A stretch of DNA of 57,831 nt from assembly GCA_038240835.1 (NCBI GenBank), contig JBBRGJ010000002.1, positions 1 through 57,831 on the forward strand. Direction: 5' to 3'. Below, in pieces: positions 1 to 6,849 of this stretch; positions within the stretch are counted from its first letter, which is position 1; every line of letters begins with the position of its first letter. Both the position numbers and the translations under genes were made by a program. The stretch comes from Bacteroidales bacterium (GTDB lineage Bacteria; Bacteroidota; Bacteroidia; Bacteroidales; WCHB1-69). The notes under the pieces are model-generated. The model ran no database searches, had not been told where the DNA came from, and saw only the letters and a list, made by a program, of their open reading frames with translations.

Positions 1-78
1 TTTAAGCCTTAGTTCCTTCAATGATTCAATACATTTTGCCTCATCAGAATACCTGTCTAAATATAGTGCTAAATTCAT
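1..78 (-). mobile_element. IS1595-family (ISXO2-like) transposase, N-terminal 26 codons only; the gene continues off the left edge
   Basis: The reverse strand has an ATG at 76-78 and reads MNLALYLDRYSDEAKCIESLKELRLK. The pattern 'D-E-x-x-C-I-x-x-L-K-x-x-R' just before the zinc ribbon is typical of IS1595 transposase N-termini. Only 26 aa are visible. Confidence 0.45.
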
Positions 79-393
79 ATCTTTTTAGTTTCCTCAAAGA
101 TATGAATTTTTATTTAGACTGCAAAACGGACAGTCATAAAATATAATGAACAGAGTAGTAAAGAAGGATCTTATATTTTGGAAAATCCAAAAACACCATT
201 TTATTTCAAATTTAGTAATGATACTTTGGATATAATTGGTTGTCAATTTCAAATTCCAGATAGTAATTATTTTAAAACTCCTGTAAGATTTATGCATACA
301 GACTCTCTTGAAATTAATAAGATAAATAAATGGTATAAGAAAAAAGGATTTAATATATATATTCCAATATCTATTCAATAATTATTTTCGCAA

Positions 394-443
394 TGCACCG
401 TCTACAAGCATGTCTATGATAAAGGTACGAATATTCGGACTAT
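394..443. repeat. Direct repeat copy 1 (about 50 bp)
   Basis: TGCACCGTCTACAAGCATGTCTATGATAAAGGTACGAATATTCGGACTAT recurs at 1030-1101. Confidence 0.85.
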
Positions 444-1029
444 ATTTGAATATCTGCCAGTTAGCAAGAATTGGGTTTAAAATTAAAGAAAAGAAATAGT
501 CGTTTTTCACAAACAAATCCAAAAAATCCCTAATTTAGCTCTGGAATAAAACAAAATTATGATCAAAATTACCAGCAATAAAGTCAGCAAAAACCATCTG
601 CACATTCCAATCCTGCACAAAGCTATTTCTGGGGCGGCTTATTATGAATCTTTAAAAGCATCCTATTTACGAACACACAGACCGTGATAAAATATTGTCA
701 AATGAAAATAGTTCAAAATTTTGTAAAAATTATTTCGGAATATTTAATTCGGAATAAAAAAAGATTGCGATCAATCTTTTTTCTGTCTATTGGTTGTTTT
801 ATGTTAATGTTTACTACTGGTTTTTTTTAGGGATTAGAGTGATTGGGAAAATTGGATCAACGAAACCTTTATATTGGAATGATTCGATTAAAATGATGCC
901 AACTTACTTTTGGTGGACAGTTTTTGGTGGATTGATTTTTTATTTTTTATTTAGTTCAGAAGATAAACCTAGAGACTAGTTGCAGCTTCCAGAGCGGAGT
1001 CGAAGCACAAGCCATAAAAAATAGCACCC

Positions 1030-1101
1030 TGCACCGTCTACAAGCATGCACTGCATTGTCTACAAGCATGTCTATGATAAAGGTACGAATATTCGGACTA
1101 T
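1030..1101. repeat. Direct repeat copy 2, with an internal 22-bp duplication
   Basis: This is the same 50-mer as 394-443, with (C)ACTGCATTGTCTACAAGCATG inserted as a tandem duplicate of the first 19-22 bp. Confidence 0.85.
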
Positions 1102-1208
1102 TGCTGTATATCAATTAGTTAAGGATAGATCATTGTAAAATAGTATGAAGTCAATATTTTATAATATACAAAGCTGAAATTTGGGAAAATTAGCAAAACT
1201 TAGTAAAA

Positions 1209-1457
1209 CCCCTCTCTTTCTCCTCACGCCAAGTCGTGACAAGCCTGCAAGGGGAGAGGTGATGCAAAAGTTTTATTTTAGAAGTTATAGAGGAATCGGA
1301 AGTCAAAAACCATTCGAATGGAAAAGATGCCTGAATTTGGAAGATTACAAAAGCAAAAAAAAGAATCTGGGCAAAATGAAAAATCAATTTGCGAAGCGTG
1401 AACGAAACAGTCCCTCTCCTCGTTGGCTTGTCGCGCTCCAGGCGCGAAGAGGATAGG
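1209..1457. repeat. Element of about 250 bp bounded by inverted copies of a 'hairpin + CAAGCC' module
   Basis: The left arm is 1209-1259 and the right arm is 1411-1457. By eye they are about 70 percent identical after reverse-complementing. Each arm contains a short GC-rich hairpin followed by (A)CAAGCC. Confidence 0.6.
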
Positions 1458-1568
1458 TCAACGAAGCCGGAAACTTGATTTTTTTTGCTTTCACCAGCTC
1501 AAAAAACATTTCTCTCTTATTTTTGTTTATACGATGTAAACAAAGTAAAAATTAAAAAATAAAATACA

Positions 1569-1772
1569 ATGAAAAAGAACATGGGATTAATCGACAAAGT
1601 TATACGTATCATTGTCGTAATCGTATTGATGGCTTTATATTTTACAAACATCATTGCCGGAACATGGGCTATTATTGCAATTGTGGTTTCTGTAATTTTC
1701 TTAGCCACCAGTTTAATCAGTTTTTGTCCGCTTTATACCCTATTTGGAATAAATACCTGCAAGAAAAAATAA
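1569..1772 (+). CDS. DUF2892 (YgaP-like) small inner-membrane protein
   Basis: The 67-aa product has two TM segments and the C-terminal FCPLYTLFGINTC signature of DUF2892. An intrinsic terminator follows at 1802-1827. Confidence 0.7.
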   Translation: MKKNMGLIDKVIRIIVVIVLMALYFTNIIAGTWAIIAIVVSVIFLATSLISFCPLYTLFGINTCKKK

Positions 1773-1801
1773 TAATTTACGGAAAATCATATCAATAAAA
1801 T

Positions 1802-1827
1802 AAGAGCTCATTGAGCTCTTATTTTTT
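1802..1827 (+). terminator. Intrinsic terminator after the DUF2892 gene
   Basis: The hairpin is AAGAGCTC-att-GAGCTCTT, followed by ATTTTTT. Confidence 0.7.
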
Positions 1828-1840
1828 GGGTGGTTCCACC
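1802..1840. repeat. Orphan copy of 'terminator hairpin + last 13 nt of the tRNA'
   Basis: AAGAGC..GCTCTT + T-run + GGGTGGTTCCACC parallels 3542-3580, which reads AAGAGC..GCTCTT + T-run + GGGTGGTCCCACC and is the genuine tRNA 3' end. Confidence 0.65.
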
Positions 1841-1872
1841 GTTCTAAATGGAGATTGTGTATTGCCCGGCTA

Positions 1873-2817
1873 TTAATCAAATGTCATTACACGTTTAGAA
1901 ATCAATTCTTTGAATTTTATCTTGTTGTTTTCGGTCAAAAATGACACTTCTATCATTTCGATAGCTTTTGGCAACCAGTTATCCAACTTTTTATATACCC
2001 CATTTATTTGTTTATCATTCAGGTTTAATACTGCACCAAAACGATTGAAATAACCCTTGTTGAAGTTTTCTTTTTTGCCTCCAAAGAGCAAAGCCATCTC
2101 CTCATTATCTTCTGGTAAAATTATTTTCACATTCAAAAGATCATACGATGGAGAAAGAATCCAACCCATATTTGATTGCCACATGGAAAAGTTTTTCAGG
2201 TGCATATCGCTGTTGCCAATAACGTAGTTAAATACGGTCAATTCGAAAAACCTCAACTTATCCAATAATGTATTTACAGATAGTTCGCCAATAGTTTTTC
2301 CTAGTAATTCCATGGTGCCCTTATATTTGTCTTCTAACTCGAGAATTTGCAGAAAATCAATCATGTGTATTTTTGATCCGTCCTGATGTCGATCTATCCG
2401 TTTGGTGATGTAACACAGCTCGCCAGATGCTAACCGAATCATATTGGATGGCACTACTTCAATTTTAAATAAAGCGGCTAATTTCATCGAAAGATGTTCG
2501 TTTTCGGGCATCTGGCTATATTTTGAATTTTGAGGTTTTAAAATATATTGACCCTCCAAAGCATCCATCACCGTTAAACGTCCCTGATGACCATTTTCCA
2601 ATTCAGTTTTAATCCAACCCAGGGATAATTTGGGCTGAACACCGGGTACCGAAATCGACAATACAGCAGCATCTTTGGCCAATTGTTCCATTTCCTCTAA
2701 TCGATAGGGTAAAACGGGTGCGAGAGTGGTTCCATAAAATATTTTAATACACTGTGGATGGTAATCACTTTCGTGATCTGCATCTAACTCCTTATAACAA
2801 TACAAACATTTATGCAT
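1873..2817 (-). CDS. HipA-family Ser/Thr kinase toxin, C-terminal kinase core only (HipT-like)
   Basis: It carries the catalytic-loop motif VIGNSDMHLKNFSMW and SPSYDLLNV, as in HipA_C. I chose the ATG at 2817 (MHKCLYCYKEL...) rather than the upstream-extended ORF. This start overlaps the stop of the upstream gene by 8 nt (ATGCATAA). The N-terminus has a CxxC...HxxC motif. Confidence 0.85.
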   Translation of the reverse strand: MHKCLYCYKELDADHESDYHPQCIKIFYGTTLAPVLPYRLEEMEQLAKDAAVLSISVPGVQPKLSLGWIKTELENGHQGRLTVMDALEGQYILKPQNSKYSQMPENEHLSMKLAALFKIEVVPSNMIRLASGELCYITKRIDRHQDGSKIHMIDFLQILELEDKYKGTMELLGKTIGELSVNTLLDKLRFFELTVFNYVIGNSDMHLKNFSMWQSNMGWILSPSYDLLNVKIILPEDNEEMALLFGGKKENFNKGYFNRFGAVLNLNDKQINGVYKKLDNWLPKAIEMIEVSFLTENNKIKFKELISKRVMTFD

Positions 2818-3145
2818 TTTCTTGCTCTTTAATTGGGTGAACACTAACGGCACCAATGGCATTTTGACAACATGCCAGCAATAGCCCCATTCGATCATTT
2901 TTGTTGATTTTCCAACTTTCAGCGGCAATATTCAATAGCCATCCTTCCGGAATCAAACCATCGAAAAATGGAAAGAGACGTTTGCTTTTATATAGGCGCT
3001 GCGTTACAGGCATTTGAAATGTGATGAATTGATTAGGTTTTTTTTGAATATACTGTTTATCATACTCAAAAATATATTCCCCATCGTCTTCCTCGGTCAA
3101 AATACCAGCCAACTCGTTATTATATTTTACTATTCCTTGTCGCAT
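2810..3145 (-). CDS. HipA N-terminal subdomain protein (HipS-like, putative antitoxin of a split HipA)
   Basis: The 111-aa product contains ...LAGILTEEDDGEYIFEYDKQY...FPFFDGLIPEGW..., which matches the HipA_N / couple_hipA fold motif (F-x-x-L-L-P-E-G). It is translationally coupled to the kinase gene. Confidence 0.8.
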   Translation of the reverse strand: MRQGIVKYNNELAGILTEEDDGEYIFEYDKQYIQKKPNQFITFQMPVTQRLYKSKRLFPFFDGLIPEGWLLNIAAESWKINKNDRMGLLLACCQNAIGAVSVHPIKEQENA

Positions 3146-3341
3146 CTTTGATATTTATTGGTGCTAAAATATGTCCAAACATAATTAATACTTGATTCAC
3201 TTTAGTCAAACTTAGATTCTCTTTTCCCTGTTCAATTTTCCGGATAACCGTTAAAGCAACCCCAGCTTTTTCTGCAAACTCCTCCTGGGTATAACCTAAT
3301 TGCTTTCGTCTGACTTTTACAAATTCTGCTAATTGTTCCAT
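3120..3341 (-). CDS. XRE-family helix-turn-helix transcriptional regulator (HipB-like)
   Basis: MEQLAEFVKVRRKQLGYTQEEFAEKAGVALTVIRKIEQGKENLSL is a classic HTH_3 sequence. I used the ATG at 3341 because the 3362 start in the ORF track is a TTG. The gene overlaps the HipS-like gene by 26 nt. Confidence 0.85.
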   Translation of the reverse strand: MEQLAEFVKVRRKQLGYTQEEFAEKAGVALTVIRKIEQGKENLSLTKVNQVLIMFGHILAPINIKDATRNSKI

Positions 3342-3343
3342 TT

Positions 3344-3444
3344 TATATGCTTTTAAATACAAAGATACTATATTTTTTGTATTTATATGCTTTGGCGTAT
3401 AAAACCATTGAAATTTTTAAAATTATATGCTTTTAAATATAATT
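3344..3444. promoter_or_regulatory. Three operator-like inverted repeats upstream of the HipB-like gene
   Basis: The three sites are TATATGCTTTTAAATA (3344-3359), TTTATA-N10-TATAAA (3382-3403) and AATTATAT-GCTTTTAA-ATATAATT (3421-3444). All share the core TATATGCTTT and are spaced about 38-40 bp apart. Confidence 0.4.
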
Positions 3445-3534
3445 ATAAAAAATATAACTTTAAGAAAAAATGATAAATTTGCCTCGAAAAAGTTTTTTAA
3501 ATCAATGAGAATCAGATTTATAACCGTTGTTAAA

Positions 3535-3566
3535 ATAAAAAAAGAGCCTCTAAAAGCTCTTTTTTC
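3535..3566 (-). terminator. Bidirectional hairpin terminator immediately 3' of the tRNA
   Basis: The hairpin AAGAGC-ctctaaaa-GCTCTT is flanked by an A-run (a T-run on the minus strand) and a T-run. Confidence 0.6.
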
Positions 3567-3570
3567 TGGG

Positions 3571-3644
3571 TGGTCCCACCAGGACTTGAACCTGGGACCC
3601 TCTGATTATGAGTCAGATGCTCTAACCAACTGAGCTATAGGACC
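3571..3644 (-). tRNA. tRNA with anticodon CAT, either elongator Met or lysidine-dependent Ile2
   Basis: I folded the 74-nt cloverleaf by hand: acceptor GGTCCTA/TGGGACC, D-arm GCTC..GAGC, anticodon arm TCTGA-CTCATAA-TCAGA, T-arm CCAGG-TTCAAGT-CCTGG, discriminator A. CCA is not encoded. It is not an initiator because 1:72 is paired and the anticodon stem lacks the three G-C pairs. Confidence 0.9.
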
Positions 3645-3673
3645 CATTCGAATTTATTTCGAATTTTGAATTG

Positions 3674-3681
3674 CAAATTTA
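3674..3681 (-). promoter_or_regulatory. Bacteroidota -7 box (TAnnTTTG) upstream of the tRNA
   Basis: The minus strand reads TAAATTTG about 30 nt upstream of the mature tRNA 5' end. Confidence 0.4.
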
Positions 3682-3717
3682 CTTATTTTTTTTAACTTGC
3701 ACAAAAAAAACTTCCGT

Positions 3718-4383
3718 ATGACTCATAAAAACATCAAAAACATCATCTTCGACTATGGAAATGTAATCATAAACTTAGATGTTAAAGCTACCTACAATGC
3801 ATTCCATCAGTTAGGTGCGCTAGATTTTGCTTCCGATTGGGACAAGATTATGGCCAATAAATTATTTTACCTCTTTGAGCGTGGAGATATTTCTGTTCCT
3901 GATTTTAGAAAGGAACTTAAAATGAGTTTTCCGCATCCAGTTACCGACACTCAATTGGATTGGGCGTGGAATGCATTGCTCAAAGAGATGCCTAAAACCC
4001 GTATTTCGTTACTCCAAAACATCCGTTCATGTTATCGTACGTTTATATTAAGTAACTCTAATAAAATTCATTACGATTATTATGTTCACGATTTGCAAAT
4101 CCAACATCATCTGTCAGATTTCGATCAATTGGTAGAAAAAGCATATTTTTCCTTCCAAGTAAACTTAATAAAACCCGAAACTGAGTTTTATCAGTTATTG
4201 CTAGACAATCATGATTTGATTCCCGAAGAGACACTCTTTATCGACGATCTGAAAAAGAACATCGAAGCCGCTTCCCAGTTGGGAATCAATACTCTTTGGC
4301 TGACTCCAGAAATAGATATTTGTGATCTGTTTGACGATAATAATCAAATCAACGATCTCTGTTTCCAAAAAATGAATGAGTGA
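3718..4383 (+). CDS. HAD-superfamily hydrolase (subfamily IA-like phosphatase)
   Basis: It has motif I IIFDYGNVI, motif II ILSNSN and a C-terminal FIDD motif. I chose the ATG at 3718 because the 3697 start is a TTG. Confidence 0.7.
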   Translation: MTHKNIKNIIFDYGNVIINLDVKATYNAFHQLGALDFASDWDKIMANKLFYLFERGDISVPDFRKELKMSFPHPVTDTQLDWAWNALLKEMPKTRISLLQNIRSCYRTFILSNSNKIHYDYYVHDLQIQHHLSDFDQLVEKAYFSFQVNLIKPETEFYQLLLDNHDLIPEETLFIDDLKKNIEAASQLGINTLWLTPEIDICDLFDDNNQINDLCFQKMNE

Positions 4384-4444
4384 TATCTTAAATCTGCAAT
4401 TAAAATAACATCCTCAAAATAAAATGATTTTATGTAAATCAATT

Positions 4445-4970
4445 CTGCGAAGCTATCGTTGCGTAGCTCTAAAACTTCAAAAACCTCTGCGCGATGTGCC
4501 GAAAAAACAACAAATTGCATTTTTTGATTAGTTTTTAATAGTTGATTGCAATTTGGTGTTTTTTCGGGACCTTGAAGGAGCGAGCCCTTACAAACAATAG
4601 TTCCCAAAAACGATTAGCAATTCAGCAAGGGCGTTTATCACGCCTTGGCGTGTGACAGGCGTCCTAATTTAGTTTATTGTATTTTTTCTCAAAACATTGC
4701 TATCTCGACCGACCTTGTCAAAAAAGCGTTAAGAAAAAGAGGTGATTTTACGGATGAAGCGAGGCGGGTGAGATGAAGCAAATAGATCCAAGTCTGAAAC
4801 ATCCGTCATGTGAATTAAATTGCCTCCGTGAATCCCTTGACTTGGCTCGCGCCGTAAAATCATCTCTTTTTTAGCTTTTTTGGCGAAGTCTTGATTTTTT
4901 GGTTACTTTTGTATCAAGACAAAAGTGACACTAAAAAAGAAAAACCTTCGAAGTGAATTGTTTTAGGTCC
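4445..4970. repeat. Structured intergenic repeat element, copy A (about 525 bp)
   Basis: It is collinear with 7955-8840. Both copies share a 21-bp-stem hairpin (CCGAAAAAACAACAAATTGCA...TGCAATTTGGTGTTTTTTCGG), a TCAC..GTGA hairpin, and a composite stem of about 37 bp (4711-4753 with 4852-4890). Confidence 0.85.
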
Positions 4971-5038
4971 TTCAACAAAATCCATTAATAAAGATATTTT
5001 GGCTGCAAATTTAAGATGATAGAAAAAAATCATCTTTT

Positions 5039-6004
5039 TTAGTAAATCTTCCGCTCTTTTAAATAATTCTGAACATAGTCAAAAATCCCATCTTCTAAAC
5101 TTGTAAAAGGCTTTTTGTAACCCACATTCGAAACTTTCTGCATGTTTGCTTCGGTAAAATATTGATACTTATCGCGGATATCAATCGGAGTGTCTACAAA
5201 TTGAATATTTGGGTCAATTCCCAACGCGTTAAATGTGGCTGTGGCTAAATCAAAAAATGATCTTGCTTTGCCGGTTCCTAAATTGTAAATTCCCGATTGA
5301 GGTTGATTTTGCATAAACCAGATAATTACATCCGCCACATCTTTTACATAGATAAAATCGCGCAACTGTTTCCCATCCTCAAAATCTGGTCGATGTGAGC
5401 GAAATAAGTTCACTTTTCCCGTCTCACGTATCTGTTTTTCGGAGTGAAAAATCACAGATGCCATTCTCCCTTTGTGGTATTCGTTGGGACCGTAAACATT
5501 AAAAAACTTAAAACCTGCCCAAAATGGAGGCGTTTCGGTTTGCAAAAGTGCCCATTTGTCAAATTCATTTTTCGAAACACCATAAGGATTCAGCGGTTTT
5601 AATTGTGGAATTAACGCCTGATTATCATCATAACCATGTTCGCCCATGCCATAAGTAGCAGCAGATGAGGCATAAACCATCGGGATGTTGTATTGTGAAC
5701 ACTTTTTCCAAATCATTTTTGAATAGTTGACATTCAAATTGTCAAAAATTTTATGATCAAATTCTGCAGTATCTGTCCGGGCGCCAATGTGGATGATAAA
5801 TTTAATTTTATCGTTGTTTTCGTCTAACCATTTATCAAAAATAGATCGTTCCACGGTTGTGATAAACTTTTTTGATGCGTAATTTGCTGTTTTTTCGGGC
5901 CTGTTAAACTCGTCTACTAATACCAAGTTTTCAAGACCTATTTCGTTTAATTTGCTTATAATCACGCTGCCAATAAATCCTGCAGCTCCTGTTATTACTA
6001 TCAT
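5039..6004 (-). CDS. hldD: ADP-L-glycero-D-manno-heptose-6-epimerase-like NAD-dependent epimerase
   Basis: MIVITGAAGFIGS is a Rossmann motif. YASSAATYG, FKFFNVYGPNEYHKGRMASV and YNLGTGKARSF line up with remembered E. coli HldD/RfaD motifs. Confidence 0.75.
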   Translation of the reverse strand: MIVITGAAGFIGSVIISKLNEIGLENLVLVDEFNRPEKTANYASKKFITTVERSIFDKWLDENNDKIKFIIHIGARTDTAEFDHKIFDNLNVNYSKMIWKKCSQYNIPMVYASSAATYGMGEHGYDDNQALIPQLKPLNPYGVSKNEFDKWALLQTETPPFWAGFKFFNVYGPNEYHKGRMASVIFHSEKQIRETGKVNLFRSHRPDFEDGKQLRDFIYVKDVADVIIWFMQNQPQSGIYNLGTGKARSFFDLATATFNALGIDPNIQFVDTPIDIRDKYQYFTEANMQKVSNVGYKKPFTSLEDGIFDYVQNYLKERKIY

Positions 6005-6015
6005 TACAACTATTT

Positions 6016-6849
6016 TTATTCGATAAATACTATTGAAGTCATAAAATTACAACTATTTTCATTCTCATGGGCCAAAAATAATTTTTCGATGGCAGCTTTT
6101 CCTTCTGCTTTTAATGAGTGTGTAAATTCATTTACGTATAGATGAATGTGATCCAACATCACCGATTCGCTCATCTCTTGCGCATAACTTTTGCAAAAAT
6201 CTAAAACCTCTTGTTTGTTCTCCCAAGCATAATCTACACTCTGTTTGATGGCGTTATTGATCTGTTTTTGGACCTCTATATCCATCTTTTTGTCAATGAT
6301 AATTCCACCCAAAGGAATAGGTAAATGATATTTAGATTCCCATTTTTCGCCCAAATCGGCTATCAGAAAAAGTCCTTTTTCACTATAAGTAAATCTGCTT
6401 TCGTGAATGATTACCCCTGCATCAAACTGTTTTTGAACCAATGAGTTTCCAATGGAGGAAAAAACATGATTGCTCACTTTTTTATTATTTGGGTAAAAAT
6501 GGTTGAACAGAAATGCTGCAGTGGTGTGTTTTCCGGGTAACAATACGTTGTGATTAGAATCTATTTCGAAAGGGGAGTGGTGGTGTGTAATTAACAGTGG
6601 TCCACATTTTTTGCCCAAAGCTCCGCCCGCAGAAAGTAGGTTGTAATTAGATGTGAGTTGAGGTATTAACGCATAACTCACTTTGCAAATGTCAAATTCA
6701 TGATTGAGTGCCCCCATGTTGAGTTGCTCAATGTCTAAAAATGAAAAATCAAAATCCAAACCGTCCACTGTAACCTTCTTGTTGATAAGGGCATAGAAGA
6801 CAAAAGTATCGTTTGGACAGGGAGATATGGCAATTTTTATTTTTTTCAC
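6016..6849 (-). CDS. mqnD: 1,4-dihydroxy-6-naphthoate synthase (futalosine pathway)
   Basis: The product is collinear with remembered Thermus MqnD through ISPCPNDTFVFYAL, DIEQLN, KVSYA, GGALG, PGKHTTA, IIHESRFTY and LPIPLGGI. The start is a GTG that overlaps the mqnB stop by 1 nt. Confidence 0.85.
   Translation of the reverse strand: MKKIKIAISPCPNDTFVFYALINKKVTVDGLDFDFSFLDIEQLNMGALNHEFDICKVSYALIPQLTSNYNLLSAGGALGKKCGPLLITHHHSPFEIDSNHNVLLPGKHTTAAFLFNHFYPNNKKVSNHVFSSIGNSLVQKQFDAGVIIHESRFTYSEKGLFLIADLGEKWESKYHLPIPLGGIIIDKKMDIEVQKQINNAIKQSVDYAWENKQEVLDFCKSYAQEMSESVMLDHIHLYVNEFTHSLKAEGKAAIEKLFLAHENENSCNFMTSIVFIE

Noticed and set aside
94-381. A mutually overlapping ORF pair (94 aa on the minus strand, 67 aa on the plus strand) next to the IS fragment.
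   Set aside because: The plus-strand ORF has only a TTG start, although the frame is open from 118, so it could be a gene remnant. The minus-strand ORF is hydrophobic AT-rich noise. I cannot support either as a gene.
794-979. A 61-aa membrane-like ORF, together with a 42-aa ATG ORF at 560-688.
   Set aside because: One has a TTG start, neither has a recognisable family, and both lie in a repeat-bracketed accessory segment. They are mentioned in a finding but not called as features.
1181-1456. A 91-aa plus-strand ORF and a 65-aa minus-strand ORF.
   Set aside because: They coincide with the inverted-repeat element (hairpin plus CAAGCC arms). The plus-strand ORF has a TTG start, and neither product has a protein-like motif.
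3427-3633. A 68-aa plus-strand ORF.
   Set aside because: It runs through the terminator hairpin and the tRNA gene on the opposite strand, and its N-terminal half is AT-rich junk.
4344-4607. An 87-aa minus-strand ORF.
   Set aside because: It lies inside repeat copy A. The equivalent region in copy B is interrupted, so the reading frame is not conserved between copies.
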